Shown one piece after another: positions 19,411 to 30,003 of a stretch of 64,000 nucleotides of DNA (the stretch's first letter is position 1; each line of letters begins with the position of its first letter). The notes under the pieces are model-generated. The model ran no database searches. It saw only the letters and a list, made by a program, of their open reading frames with translations, and was not told the DNA's origin. The position numbers and the translations under genes were made by a program. This DNA comes from a virus (taxonomy: Duplodnaviria > Caudoviricetes), in IMG/VR virus record IMGVR_UViG_3300017432_000006, positions 1 to 64,000 of that record; one strand, written 5' to 3'.

Positions 19411-20273
19411 ACAATACCGGCGCCGATCTTTCGGTATTTGTCAAGCAACTGATCGACAATCACATTTCCCGTGCCCTGGAACGCTAGCGCGTTGAGACCT
19501 AGGGTAGTTCTGTCGTAACTGACATTCTCGAAGTAGCGTTCTCTGTATACTGAGTCATTGCATGAGTAGTCATTGATCAACAAACGTGCTGCCTCTTGTA
19601 CGTCGGCGGGAATGTGTGTGTATCCCCACTCTCCGTAGATTCTGTAAAGACCGTCAGGCTGGAATGAGTATCTGTAGTTAGGTGTTCTAATGACACCGCC
19701 GACTACCATCTGATTCAAGTATTCCTCGGGTGGTGCTTGCTTCAAGGTCATATATGAAACGGTAGGTAATTGAATGTAGTTGCCACCAACTGTGATCGTA
19801 GCATCGCTTACCCACATACCCGGCGTCTCTGGGTCGATACTGATGAGTGGTGAGCCAAGCGCCATGCGTGAACCATTAATTGCCTTGCCCTCTCGGACCT
19901 CCTTGAACAAACCGAACTTCTGGCCTGTGTAGGACTCGATGACAAGTCTTACTTGGTTCTCGATAGTCTGTAGTTCATTGTCACTCTTGATATCGGTGAA
20001 GTAGGTCTTGATCACACTGAGAGGCACCAAGGGGGTAAACACATCAACAGAGTTCTTGGTTGTGAACCCGCCCGGTCCTGTCCACACGAAGAAGACCTTA
20101 CCGTCGTACTTGGTTTCGCTGTAGTTCAACTTAACCGAATATCTACCGGCAACCGGTGTAACGTTCTGTACCTTTCTTAGTTCTTTGCCATCACGCTGAA
20201 TGCTGACAGACAAAGGACCCGGGTGTGGGTGCTGGAACACGAAATCTGAGTTAGTATCTCTGTAAATAATCAT
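19407..20273 (-). CDS. Head-to-tail adaptor
   Basis: YRIYGEWGYTHIPADVQEAARLLINDY...GTGNVIVDQLLDKY, a gp15/gp6-like adaptor C-terminus. Confidence 0.8.
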   Translation of the reverse strand: MIIYRDTNSDFVFQHPHPGPLSVSIQRDGKELRKVQNVTPVAGRYSVKLNYSETKYDGKVFFVWTGPGGFTTKNSVDVFTPLVPLSVIKTYFTDIKSDNELQTIENQVRLVIESYTGQKFGLFKEVREGKAINGSRMALGSPLISIDPETPGMWVSDATITVGGNYIQLPTVSYMTLKQAPPEEYLNQMVVGGVIRTPNYRYSFQPDGLYRIYGEWGYTHIPADVQEAARLLINDYSCNDSVYRERYFENVSYDRTTLGLNALAFQGTGNVIVDQLLDKYRKIGAGIV

Positions 20274-20289
20274 TTGACCTCATTATACC

Positions 20290-23200
20290 TTATGGTGCCG
20301 GAGTTCCGAACTTGTCAACTGCCCAAGTTCTAATAGCGTTTCTATCTGTCTGTGACAACTTACCCTGGTGAATTGCCAATGCTCCAAGTCGGAACTGCTG
20401 ACCGTCCTTAGGTCCACCGTCGAACCAACGAGCACCTAGAAGGATTCTATCAAGGAATAGTGTTCCTGTGTTAGTAGGATTGGTTGCGGAAGTTGTCAAC
20501 TGCACACCGTCTACATATACAACCGGCGCAGCAGCGTCTACAGAAAGAACAACTTGCACAACTGAGTATGTGTCAAGTGCTCTAGAGAAACCTGTGTATG
20601 AACCACCGGTCTGCGGTGCTCCACTTACAGTAATCGACTGTAGCGCGGTTTCTCCTGTTGCTGCTGGACCACCAATTGCCCACTGACCAACTGTCTTATC
20701 ATAGTCGTTTGCTGTGCTTGGTGTAGCAGAAATGTAACCTGATCTTAGTGCTGTTACCAAGAATCTCTGAGCCATGACCATGCTAACAGTGATTGAAGAC
20801 TGACCCGCGATTCCGGTCTGTTCGATCAATGCTCTTCCGTTGAGGAATTCGGCAACCTTTCTTCCGTTAGCAAGAGTTCTGGCAATTGGACGCTCAGAGT
20901 CTGTGCTCCAAGCAAAGACCTTTCCTGTCTTCTGGTCTGTCAAATCAGTAATTCTCAAACTGTCCGCCGCACCTGTGTCGTTGGCATCAACGAACATCAA
21001 GGTGTTTGCAGAAGTAACAGGTAGACCAGAGTAAAGGTTTAGCACTGTTGCTGCGGTTGACGAGAAGTTACCCGCTGCGTCGTATGCTGCTACAGTCACG
21101 TCGTAGACACTTGTTGAATTCAGGTTTGAGTATGTGTAGGAAGTACCAGAAGTTACTTCGTTGGTCACGACGTTACCGCTCTGTCGTGAAGTACGAACAA
21201 CTCTATATCCTGTAACACCTACTGCATCTGTGCTCGCCGTCCACGTCACAGTACCGCCCGTGTCACTTGTTCTTTGAGCAGTAACGTTAGTTGGAATTGT
21301 CGGTGCTGTAGTATCACCTGCGGCTGCAAGAGTGACAGAAACTCTTGACCCCTCGTTACCCGCCGCGTCCGCTGCGGCAACTTGGTAGACGTAAGAAGCA
21401 GAGTTTGTCAGCGATGAATCATTGTAACTAGTTGAAGTCACTGTGTTGACCAATGTAGGAGTTGTGTTACCTGCACCACGGTAAATTCTGTACTCAGTCA
21501 CACCTACGTTGTCAGTTGCAGCAGTCCAGTTCAAGGTTGCAGAACTGGCAGAGTTTCTTGTAACTCTGAGATTGGTAACTGCGCTTGGTGCGCTGGTGTC
21601 AGCGCCGGACGAACTTGTTGATGTAGTAATTCCGAGTACACCACGGTCAACAACGGTAGTTGTTCCGAATGTCGAAACAAGAGCCTCACCGTTCCAACCT
21701 GTAGGCATTCCTGAAAGGCTTCCTGGCACGCTGTTGTTGATGTTAATTTCTCTGTACAGTTTCTTGGTTGTCTTACCTGATGAAGACTTGGTGCTCAGAG
21801 TGATGATAGCCTTGCCGTTAGTGAATCTTGTAGTATCGACGTTATCCAAGAACCCGCGTCCGGCCACGTCAAGTGAAGACTTGGCAACGGTACCGAGTAG
21901 TGTGTTTCCGATGCTGACTTGCACACCATCTGCGTGAATACCTGTAACGTGTCCTGCGTAGAAGCAGATCGCCATGGTGTTTCTGTACTGATCAGTTGAT
22001 CCAAGTGTTTGAACACCACTTGAGTTCTTTGGGTATCCTGTCAGTGTACCTGATACTGTGGCCTTTCTTCCTGGGGTTAGGAATACCAGTGTAGGTGGTG
22101 TCGTATCGGCACCCGCTGTTTCTGATCTAACCGCGCCTGGCGTGAAACTGATTCTTGAAAGGTTGTTACCGCCGAACCAGTTCGAGTTACCCGGTCCACC
22201 GACAGCCTGTGCGTCTCTAATAGTAATCTCAAGGACACCGCCGGAACCACCGACACCACGAACTACGTTTCTGTTCGGGTTGGCGTCTTCGATCAAGATT
22301 GATTCGATCTTACCGATGACGCTTTCTGTTGTTGTTCCGTTGTTTAGGAAGAGTGATCCGTGGTCCTGCTCAGACCAGTTGCATCCCTTTAGGTGTACTC
22401 TCTGTGCTAGTGCGTTATAGATACCCTTGTAAGGTGTTGAGCCGGATGCTTCTCTGTCCCACAGCAAACCGCCCGCTGCGCTACCTTCGACGTACAGTTG
22501 GTCCCAATAAATGTCAGAGTTGCAGATCGTCACCGCGCCTCTACCGTGACCTGTTGTTTGTACGCGGTGTCTGATGTAGGCAATACGCTTTGAGTCAGAT
22601 GCGTCAGATTCACCATTGTAACGAACCGGTGCGATACCGTCGTCACCACTGCGCTGAGATGTGCAGTCAGTGTAAAGGATATCTTCACAACCGTTGGCTG
22701 CGTGGAATGCGTCAGCCCATGTTTCAGTCGATGTGCAACGGTTGTACCATACACGGTGAGCGCGGTAGGCAAAGAAGCCCGCTGCGCGAGCGCCAATACC
22801 ATAAACGTCTTGAATCATGATATCGCTGGTGTAAGGGTCACACAGAATCATTGTGTTACCCTGCTGGTTAAGACCTGTACGGCCAACGGCTCCTAGTGTT
22901 TCCAGTACCGCTGGGTAGTTCCTGCTGGCTGCTCTAATACGAATACCACTGGCAGACCCGGCCTCTGTTGAGTTGTTACCGAGAATACGGATTGCGTGGT
23001 TGCTCATTAGACCTGTGTTTGAGTCTGCGTGAGAGAACTGAATTACACCAGATGCAGAAGTTGTACCAATGACAATTTCGATGTTCTTACATGAAGGTGG
23101 AATGTCAAGGTTCAAAGCAGTCGCTTGGTTGACGCCCGTGATGATGATTCTGTCGTTCTGCTGCCATGTACCAGAGTAACCGTTTCTGTTACCAAAGTAA

Positions 23201-23634
23201 CCCATCCAACGCCTCTCGAAATCAGTACCCGCCGCCACGGTTCCCGTGTAAACAGGAAGGTCGTTGAGGATAATTGTACGAGTCGGCGTTCTGACCGGCT
23301 GGTCTCCCTGATTGGTGATAGGGTCGAAGGCAGCACCAAACATATCCTTGTAACTTGTAGTGAAGGTCTGTCGGGCGCTCAGTGTCTTTGTACCAATCGC
23401 CTGTGGGAAATCTGTGTTCTCAGTACCGCCAGAAGGAGGAGGAGTGTTATTGACAATAAAGGTTCTAGTTACAGAAGAGGTCACACCCTGATCCGTCGTC
23501 ACTTCTGCGCGAAGTGTCAGTGTGCCGTTTGCCATCGATGAAGTATCAATTGACTTGGACCAGTTGTTTCCTGACAGGGTGGCGTCACCCAGGCTTGTTG
23601 AGCCGTTGTAAATAGTTACCTTTTGAATTGCCAT
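20290..23634 (-). CDS. Multidomain virion surface protein: partial Ig, right-handed beta-helix (pectate lyase-like), Ig, two FN3, concanavalin/LamG-like C-terminus
   Basis: TWADAFHAANGCEDILY...SGDDGIAPV beta-helix motif; WTAATDNVGVTEYRIYR and WTASTDAVGVTGYRV FN3 motifs. Confidence 0.75.
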   Translation of the reverse strand: MAIQKVTIYNGSTSLGDATLSGNNWSKSIDTSSMANGTLTLRAEVTTDQGVTSSVTRTFIVNNTPPPSGGTENTDFPQAIGTKTLSARQTFTTSYKDMFGAAFDPITNQGDQPVRTPTRTIILNDLPVYTGTVAAGTDFERRWMGYFGNRNGYSGTWQQNDRIIITGVNQATALNLDIPPSCKNIEIVIGTTSASGVIQFSHADSNTGLMSNHAIRILGNNSTEAGSASGIRIRAASRNYPAVLETLGAVGRTGLNQQGNTMILCDPYTSDIMIQDVYGIGARAAGFFAYRAHRVWYNRCTSTETWADAFHAANGCEDILYTDCTSQRSGDDGIAPVRYNGESDASDSKRIAYIRHRVQTTGHGRGAVTICNSDIYWDQLYVEGSAAGGLLWDREASGSTPYKGIYNALAQRVHLKGCNWSEQDHGSLFLNNGTTTESVIGKIESILIEDANPNRNVVRGVGGSGGVLEITIRDAQAVGGPGNSNWFGGNNLSRISFTPGAVRSETAGADTTPPTLVFLTPGRKATVSGTLTGYPKNSSGVQTLGSTDQYRNTMAICFYAGHVTGIHADGVQVSIGNTLLGTVAKSSLDVAGRGFLDNVDTTRFTNGKAIITLSTKSSSGKTTKKLYREININNSVPGSLSGMPTGWNGEALVSTFGTTTVVDRGVLGITTSTSSSGADTSAPSAVTNLRVTRNSASSATLNWTAATDNVGVTEYRIYRGAGNTTPTLVNTVTSTSYNDSSLTNSASYVYQVAAADAAGNEGSRVSVTLAAAGDTTAPTIPTNVTAQRTSDTGGTVTWTASTDAVGVTGYRVVRTSRQSGNVVTNEVTSGTSYTYSNLNSTSVYDVTVAAYDAAGNFSSTAATVLNLYSGLPVTSANTLMFVDANDTGAADSLRITDLTDQKTGKVFAWSTDSERPIARTLANGRKVAEFLNGRALIEQTGIAGQSSITVSMVMAQRFLVTALRSGYISATPSTANDYDKTVGQWAIGGPAATGETALQSITVSGAPQTGGSYTGFSRALDTYSVVQVVLSVDAAAPVVYVDGVQLTTSATNPTNTGTLFLDRILLGARWFDGGPKDGQQFRLGALAIHQGKLSQTDRNAIRTWAVDKFGTPAP

Positions 23635-23668
23635 GTTATCTCCATATTACGGTATAAGTTAGTATAAA

Positions 23669-24901
23669 TCAATCTGACGCAGTACCAGTGACGGTGATTG
23701 TTCCTGAAACATCTGCGCCACTGGCAGGGCTGACGAATGCGACAACGGGTTCTCCGTCGCTCGCTGTTCCTTCTAGTACGAAGTTGTCTACTACTGTCGC
23801 GCCAGAGGCAGGACTTGTAATAGTGACTGTTGCTGTAGCAGGTGCTTGTCCCTGACCAATCTCAATTGTGTTTGCCGCACTAACAAGTTTTGTGCCTCTT
23901 CTGGTGAATTTCTCAAAGAACTTCACCTGCCCCCCGCGCTTGATCACGAACTTGTTAGGCAGAATTGTCATGACAACTTCATCAAATCCACTCACATCTT
24001 CGTTGTCCGAAGCCGAGAACCGGAATGTTGCCAGGGTTTGAGACCCTAGTGGTGGTACGGTGACGATCAGACTGTTGCCACTCGTTGTAGTTGACAATGT
24101 TGGGCCTGATGTTTGAGACCATGACGTTGCCTTATAAGGCGTTACCCCGCCCGTGACTGTTGCTGTCAGTGTGACCTTTGAGTAAGGTGCTGCTGTCACG
24201 TCCGCGCTCGCGCTCACCAAAATTGGTGATGCTGCGTTCTGGTGGTTAATCGCAATTGTCGTTGTGTAGTGAGTGAACTTCTCTTGTGTATCAGTAACGA
24301 CGTTACCTGTTTGTGTGCTACCACTGGCATTGCTGACTTGCTTTGTGGCTAGGTGAACGTACGAGTTAACGGCGTCTGTCTGTGCCGACCCCGCGCTGAT
24401 CTGTGTTGTCCATGATGATCCGCTGTTGAATGTTCTCAAATACGGAACTACGTTGGAAAAAGCATTCATAACTGACATGAGTAGTACGTTGCTTGAGTTG
24501 ATGCCGATGTTCGGGTGAATAGACGTCAATACGCCGTTACCGTTGGATACTCTTTCTGTGATGACAGACACCGGATTTGCTGCGTTGCGGTAGACGACGT
24601 AGGCGATCTGCATTCTTCTGTTCGCCCCGGCGTTGCTTGTCACACTGACACTTGCTGTAAGGTCAGCAGACGTTAGTCGCTTCCAACCAACATACGCTGC
24701 ATCAGAACCGCCCGACGTAGTTCTAATCTCTGTGAGGTCAGACAAGTTGACGATTGGTAGACCGCTTCTTTCTTGTGAAGCAGCGACAATGATCAAGTCT
24801 CCTACTTGCCCCCCGACAGAGCCGGGGGTGTTCTGCGCTGCCAAAGCAGTAACAGAAGCAGTGCTTGACGCACCGACAGACTTACCAACTATTGTAGGCA
24901 T
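23669..24901 (-). CDS. Adhesin-like virion protein with PKD-like domain and C-terminal Ig half-domains
   Basis: VGDLIIVAAS N-terminal beta domain; WSQTSGPTL PKD motif; two terminal SPASGA.V..T..L.GTASD segments. Confidence 0.6.
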   Translation of the reverse strand: MPTIVGKSVGASSTASVTALAAQNTPGSVGGQVGDLIIVAASQERSGLPIVNLSDLTEIRTTSGGSDAAYVGWKRLTSADLTASVSVTSNAGANRRMQIAYVVYRNAANPVSVITERVSNGNGVLTSIHPNIGINSSNVLLMSVMNAFSNVVPYLRTFNSGSSWTTQISAGSAQTDAVNSYVHLATKQVSNASGSTQTGNVVTDTQEKFTHYTTTIAINHQNAASPILVSASADVTAAPYSKVTLTATVTGGVTPYKATSWSQTSGPTLSTTTSGNSLIVTVPPLGSQTLATFRFSASDNEDVSGFDEVVMTILPNKFVIKRGGQVKFFEKFTRRGTKLVSAANTIEIGQGQAPATATVTITSPASGATVVDNFVLEGTASDGEPVVAFVSPASGADVSGTITVTGTASD

Positions 24902-25926
24902 TAGTTTCTCACCAGCAATACTTCGGAACCGTCTTCGATGTAGGTGTTTCTGTCCGCTGTACCTGCACCGACATTGACGACTGCCGTTGAGTTGAAGTTA
25001 AGTGACAATGGTGCTCCCGCTTGCATGAGTCTTGCGTCCTTGGCGAACTTGTTTCTTAGGAATACTCCTAGATCAAACCCGGCCAGTCTCGAACTACCAG
25101 CATTCACACCAATGTCTCCTCCACGAAGGAAGTTGTCAGTGAATGTGATACCGCTGGTTGGGCCTACTCCGTTATTATTGTTGACCATCAATACGGAAAG
25201 TGCGTGATCGTTGTTTCGTGATGCGTACTGATCAGTGATGTATTGCGCTCTACCGTCACCGAAGTTACGGTTAAGGTAAGCGTCTAGTCTGTTTCCGATG
25301 ATCACTGCGCCGGTACCACCTTGAATTTGAATTGCGTCATTGTGTGTACCGTCGGTGTGAATTCCATCGTCGTTCAACCAGTAAACCATCTTGTCTACCC
25401 ATGAACCAAGAATGTTGACGTTGAGTGGTCCACCTGGGTTTGATGTATTGAATACTCCGAATCCGTCCGTGGTGTTTCTGGTAATAACGCGCTTGGCTGT
25501 GTAGTCGTGACCTGTGATACCGTTCCACTTGTAGTGAGGTACCTGAGGTTGTAATAGGCAGTCTTCGATAACACAATTTACTGCCGCCGCGTTGGTTGAC
25601 ATTACCAAACCACGCTCACTGCTCGGTGCTGTTGTCGTACCGCGCACGATGCAGTTCTTGAGTTTGATGTTCGCTGCCTGGAAGTCTACTGTTCCATAGA
25701 TATCAAGGTTCTCAAGCACGGTCCCCGGCGTTGTCAAAAAGTAGTTTCTTGACACCACAGTACGAGCAACGTCGGAAAGTGGACCTGAGTTTGTGTTGTC
25801 CGGCTGGTACTGACCAATCGTCAGTAGTTCACGACGGTTGTAATCTGTATTGGCTACGTTGATCGAAGGGTAACCATATCGCTTGAGAATACTTCTTGAT
25901 TCTCTGAGTGTGTACCTGTCGATCAA
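24901..25926 (-). CDS. Right-handed beta-helix protein (pectate lyase / depolymerase-like)
   Basis: TTPGTVLENLDIYG...IKLKNCIVRG...DGTHNDAIQIQGG...ITFTDNFLRGG. Confidence 0.75.
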   Translation of the reverse strand: MIDRYTLRESRSILKRYGYPSINVANTDYNRRELLTIGQYQPDNTNSGPLSDVARTVVSRNYFLTTPGTVLENLDIYGTVDFQAANIKLKNCIVRGTTTAPSSERGLVMSTNAAAVNCVIEDCLLQPQVPHYKWNGITGHDYTAKRVITRNTTDGFGVFNTSNPGGPLNVNILGSWVDKMVYWLNDDGIHTDGTHNDAIQIQGGTGAVIIGNRLDAYLNRNFGDGRAQYITDQYASRNNDHALSVLMVNNNNGVGPTSGITFTDNFLRGGDIGVNAGSSRLAGFDLGVFLRNKFAKDARLMQAGAPLSLNFNSTAVVNVGAGTADRNTYIEDGSEVLLVRN

Positions 25927-27167
25927 GATTCTCTATCCCACTCGTCTCCGTCAAGCATCCATGAAAGAGGAGGCTGAGTTCCGTCAAGCGCACCCGGCCC
26001 CTTCGCAATGATGGTAATGTCAGTTCTGTTAGTTGGACGGGAACTAGGCCATGAGTTTGCAGCGCCGTAACTTGACTTGTAGTAATCAACAACAACGGTG
26101 GCTCCCAGCACGACACGCTCAATGTTCATCACGCCAGACGTAATGTCTGTTGCTGAGTGAGTGTGCGTTGTGCTAGCCTTGCCGCTAAGAGCAGTCTGAG
26201 TAGCAGACGAAATAGGCTTGTTAACGTCGGATGTGTTATCCGCGTTTCCAAGACCGACGTGTGCCTTCGTCACACCACTAACAGTACCGGTAAATGTTGG
26301 GCTTGCTGTATTGGCCTTAAGATTGATCGATGCTGTCAAGTCTGACTTGTCAGTTGCATATGTTGAAGTTTGCACTCTTGAGTCAAGGGCTGCTTGTAGT
26401 CCTGTAATGTCAGAGATAGCCAATGACACGTCACCTGATGTTGGTGCCTTACCGTTAACTGTTCTCAGTAGTGCGCTATAGGTAATAGTGTCGTTGGCAT
26501 CGTCATAAGACACTTGAATACCCGGTCCTGCTACCGTTGCAGAACCAATCACGTCTCTTACGGTTTCAGCGTCAGTTACTCCTCCGCTCCCTCCGCCGCC
26601 GGTAACTGTTAATGTCAACTTACCATTTGGGTCGTCGTAGGAGAATACAGCGCCAGAACCTGCGACAAGCATTCCTGCTACGGTGTCTTGAACTGCTTCT
26701 ACGAAGTCAGAAATTGTTGTAGAAGTTTGTGTTCCGGTGTGGTTTCCACGAAGTCTAGCAGCGTCGATGGCTGACTGCTGCGCTGATGAAACAGGCTTTG
26801 CAGAGTCAGCGGTGTTATCGACGTTTCCTAGTCCTACGTGCGCCTTGGTAACACCCGAGACCGTTCCAGTAAATGTAGGATTGGCCTTGGGTGCTAGTGT
26901 GGCAATTGTTGTCAGTACAGAGTCTACGCTTGCCTTCGTGGCTTTCGTGTTACCGCGTTTCGTCCATGTGGACGTTCCAGTCTTTTCGTAGGTGTCGTCG
27001 GTTGCAGTATCAAGATACCAGTCGTTGACAAACCCCAATGCAGATGATGGAACGCCGGAACCACTACGATACGTGAATCCAGTTCCACCGCCAGAGCCGC
27101 CGGGACCGACTGGTCCTTGAACGCCTGGGACCTTAACTAGAACTACTGTTGGTTTCAAAAAAGCCAT
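25923..27167 (-). CDS. Fibre protein (Gly-rich N-terminus, VGLGNxDNTxD repeats)
   Basis: PGVQGPVGP start; two SPTFTGTVSGVTKAHVGLGNxDNTxD repeats; WP.RPT.RTD C-terminal motif. Confidence 0.75.
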   Translation of the reverse strand: MAFLKPTVVLVKVPGVQGPVGPGGSGGGTGFTYRSGSGVPSSALGFVNDWYLDTATDDTYEKTGTSTWTKRGNTKATKASVDSVLTTIATLAPKANPTFTGTVSGVTKAHVGLGNVDNTADSAKPVSSAQQSAIDAARLRGNHTGTQTSTTISDFVEAVQDTVAGMLVAGSGAVFSYDDPNGKLTLTVTGGGGSGGVTDAETVRDVIGSATVAGPGIQVSYDDANDTITYSALLRTVNGKAPTSGDVSLAISDITGLQAALDSRVQTSTYATDKSDLTASINLKANTASPTFTGTVSGVTKAHVGLGNADNTSDVNKPISSATQTALSGKASTTHTHSATDITSGVMNIERVVLGATVVVDYYKSSYGAANSWPSSRPTNRTDITIIAKGPGALDGTQPPLSWMLDGDEWDRES

Positions 27168-27223
27168 GAAAACTCCTATTATTTATTTGTTCAATAGTAA
27201 CATCGGATTGGTTGATTCCCAAA

Positions 27224-28195
27224 TCATTCTTTGACGTAGAGGCGAACTTCATTCCAACCGAAAGGCACTTGTGACGGAGCACCGGCTGTAGATGCTTGAG
27301 CCGCTACACTGACGTTAATGTAATCCGGTGCGCTGACCAGACCATTGGCGTCCGTGGCAACTACACCAAATGTCAGTACGCTTCCTGTTGTCTGGCTGGG
27401 CGCCGTGAATGTGACGTTGGCGCCATTGGTGGATGACAGCGTTACCGTTGGTCCTGCTGTCTGTGACCACGTATATGAAACCGGCGCTGTTCCTCCGGTT
27501 GACATGGCAGAAAGAGTTACCGTGCTGGCGGCATTGACAGATTGGTCTACACCCGCGCTGACAATCGGCGGAACCGGGTATGGTCCTAATGATGCGGTGT
27601 CGGACCAGCCGATTGCATCGAAGTCCAGTGAACCACTAATTGCAGCACCGTTGAACAGACCGTGTCTAACCTGATCGATCGATCCCACGGTTCCGTTGTA
27701 TGTCTTTGTTTCCAGCGCAGTTGTTGAGTCACCCTGATATACCGAAAGCGTTGCGCTGCTGGCCGTTGTTGCTACTTCGATTCTGTAAATGGAGTTAGCG
27801 ACGTAGGCGCTCGCACCAAGGAAAATTCTCTGAGTACCGCCGATCAGCATGTCTAGTTGTCCGCTGGTGTTGAATCGTACTTCCCAAACCGTAGTACCGG
27901 CGCTGGTGCCACGAATGAGTCTCTGGTTGAACGGAATGTTGGTCGAAGTGATTGGGAACTTACGATATGCCGAAGCCCAATGCGTCGTTCCGCTGACGTT
28001 CCACCCGACATATGATTCTGTCGATGAGGTCAATGTCGCTGTCGCTCCACGAATACCCACCATCGCTGCTGTACTTTGTGCTACGATTTGACCCGACACA
28101 ACATCAAAAGCGTCTCCCGAGGCTCCGCCCGAGTTTCCGGTTGTGACTGTTGTTCCTGAAGTAATGCCTTCGAAACTGTTTCTCTTAGTTGTCAT
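27224..28195 (-). CDS. Lectin-like beta-sandwich plus PKD domain protein
   Basis: RNSFEG..SGTTVT start; PPIVSAGVDQSV...YTWSQTAGPTVTLS PKD motif. Confidence 0.6.
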   Translation of the reverse strand: MTTKRNSFEGITSGTTVTTGNSGGASGDAFDVVSGQIVAQSTAAMVGIRGATATLTSSTESYVGWNVSGTTHWASAYRKFPITSTNIPFNQRLIRGTSAGTTVWEVRFNTSGQLDMLIGGTQRIFLGASAYVANSIYRIEVATTASSATLSVYQGDSTTALETKTYNGTVGSIDQVRHGLFNGAAISGSLDFDAIGWSDTASLGPYPVPPIVSAGVDQSVNAASTVTLSAMSTGGTAPVSYTWSQTAGPTVTLSSTNGANVTFTAPSQTTGSVLTFGVVATDANGLVSAPDYINVSVAAQASTAGAPSQVPFGWNEVRLYVKE

Positions 28196-29751
28196 AGAAA
28201 TGTAAGCCCCTGTACGTTAGATTCTTCCCAAGTGTATTTGTCTGCCACCGAACCCGCGCTTGTCACCTTTTGACCATTAACGTAAACGTTGTCGAAAGTC
28301 ACATTGCTCAAAGGCTTGTTGGCACTACCACCTTGCAAATGAATTGGGAAAACACCTGACGTGTTGATCTTCACTCTTCTATAGGTGATATTTGAAATGG
28401 CGCATCGCGCCTCTTCGGTTGTTGCGTTTGGATAACTGCTGTAGTCGCTAGTATAGAATGAACCCACCCAAATACTGAATTGTCCATTGACCACGTCTTC
28501 GACCACCACGTCTTCGTAAAGAACATTGGACAGCGGCAGGCGGTCAACCAGGTGGATACCGAGAGCAGCCATTCGGTAATTGATGTTCGGGTCTCTGAAC
28601 TTTACAACGGTGTGCTTCTTGTACGAAATGTCACCCAACTTGGTCGGGGTTCTGTTGGTAAATGGTGTACCGTCAACCTTGGTCGTAAAGTTCTCATAAC
28701 CAATTTCTGAACCATTACCACCCGGCCCGTTGATGAAAAAGCAATTGCTGTAGTTGATCTGCTCCGTACTGCCGGACCAACCATTTGGCGATGACGCTCC
28801 ATTGCCCTGCTTGAAGTTCTTAATTGCTGATGCATCGTCGTGAGAGCGAATGAAAACCTTGTCGAAGTTGACGTACGAACTTCCCATAATGTCGATACCG
28901 TCAGGGGTGTCTCCTGCTCGGTTGCGCCATGAGAACATCTTGACACCGTTGAGGTTGATGTTCAAGGATTCGGCCAGGATAACTCCCCAATGGGTTACTG
29001 ACAGCATCGTCAAGCCGGAAATGGTTGCTGAGTTGACGTTGTTGACCATCATTGGTCGTCCCCAGCGTGATTCTGTTGTTCCGAGAATGTCCTGGTTGTT
29101 GCCCTGTGGGCTGCTGTCAACAATACCGTTACCCGACACTCTGATGTTGGTGTTGGCGTAACTTGCTCCGTCGGTCGGCACGGGGGCTCCGACGTTTATG
29201 TGACCCACAAAGTATGCTCCACCATCAAAGTACACCGACTGGTTAGAGTTAAGTGTTAGTGTTTGATTAGTGAGTGCTGTTCCATTGGGGAGAGTTCCAC
29301 CATAGAACCCCGGCCCGTAGTAATATGTGACGTCACCAACCGCAGGCTTGGGCTCAAGGGCATTGGCGAACAGGTAAAGACCCTCTCGCTTGTTACCATT
29401 CACCCATACCACATAGTTGCCCGGCTCTTCGATCTGAAACGAGATTGTTCTGTTGTTGACTTCGTAAGCGACATTCTTCTCGCTCGGCATAATCTTGACT
29501 TCATTGACAGCCACGTCGTTGGTTACTCTGACAACAACGTGACCATCTTTGAATGCGAAGTTCGTGAAGTACCCTGAGTTGAAACTTTCTCCACTTTCTA
29601 CCGGCGTTCCGTAGACAACGGAGTTATTATTGTTCACCGTGACAGAGAATTTGGTTGATGCTGCGGGTGCGCCGGAAGGTCTGGCGTACGTCTCAACAAC
29701 GCCCTCGGGAGTATTGTCTACCCATCTGTGGAAAAGTCTCGTTCTCGACAT
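28192..29751 (-). CDS. Glycoside hydrolase, GH28/GH49-like beta-helix (polysaccharide depolymerase)
   Basis: LYLFAN.LE...YYGPGFY...VYFDGGAYF...DGIDIMGS...FIRSHDDASAIK. Confidence 0.75.
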   Translation of the reverse strand: MSRTRLFHRWVDNTPEGVVETYARPSGAPAASTKFSVTVNNNNSVVYGTPVESGESFNSGYFTNFAFKDGHVVVRVTNDVAVNEVKIMPSEKNVAYEVNNRTISFQIEEPGNYVVWVNGNKREGLYLFANALEPKPAVGDVTYYYGPGFYGGTLPNGTALTNQTLTLNSNQSVYFDGGAYFVGHINVGAPVPTDGASYANTNIRVSGNGIVDSSPQGNNQDILGTTESRWGRPMMVNNVNSATISGLTMLSVTHWGVILAESLNINLNGVKMFSWRNRAGDTPDGIDIMGSSYVNFDKVFIRSHDDASAIKNFKQGNGASSPNGWSGSTEQINYSNCFFINGPGGNGSEIGYENFTTKVDGTPFTNRTPTKLGDISYKKHTVVKFRDPNINYRMAALGIHLVDRLPLSNVLYEDVVVEDVVNGQFSIWVGSFYTSDYSSYPNATTEEARCAISNITYRRVKINTSGVFPIHLQGGSANKPLSNVTFDNVYVNGQKVTSAGSVADKYTWEESNVQGLTFL

Positions 29752-29993
29752 TATGAACCATGAACCTTAACTGCCACTAGTTTTGCCCCGGCAGGAGCAG
29801 CGGCAAGGGCAGCCGCTAGGTCATTATCGGTATATGTTGTAGGCAGCACGTACACAAGGTCATTATGAAGCGCGTCAACGTTCTGACGAGTTTCTGTCAA
29901 TGATTCTGACATTGAGTTATGATCAGCAGCAGGATTACCCGAACCCTGAACGCGACCAAGCCCCGGCACCGCTTTGAGCCAATTGAAGGCCAT
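29751..29993 (-). CDS. Small fibre-anchor-like protein
   Basis: GNPAADHNSMSESL resembles tailspike N-terminal anchors; 1-nt overlap with the GH gene. Confidence 0.5.
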   Translation of the reverse strand: MAFNWLKAVPGLGRVQGSGNPAADHNSMSESLTETRQNVDALHNDLVYVLPTTYTDNDLAAALAAAPAGAKLVAVKVHGS

Positions 29994-30003
29994 TTAGTTC
30001 TCC

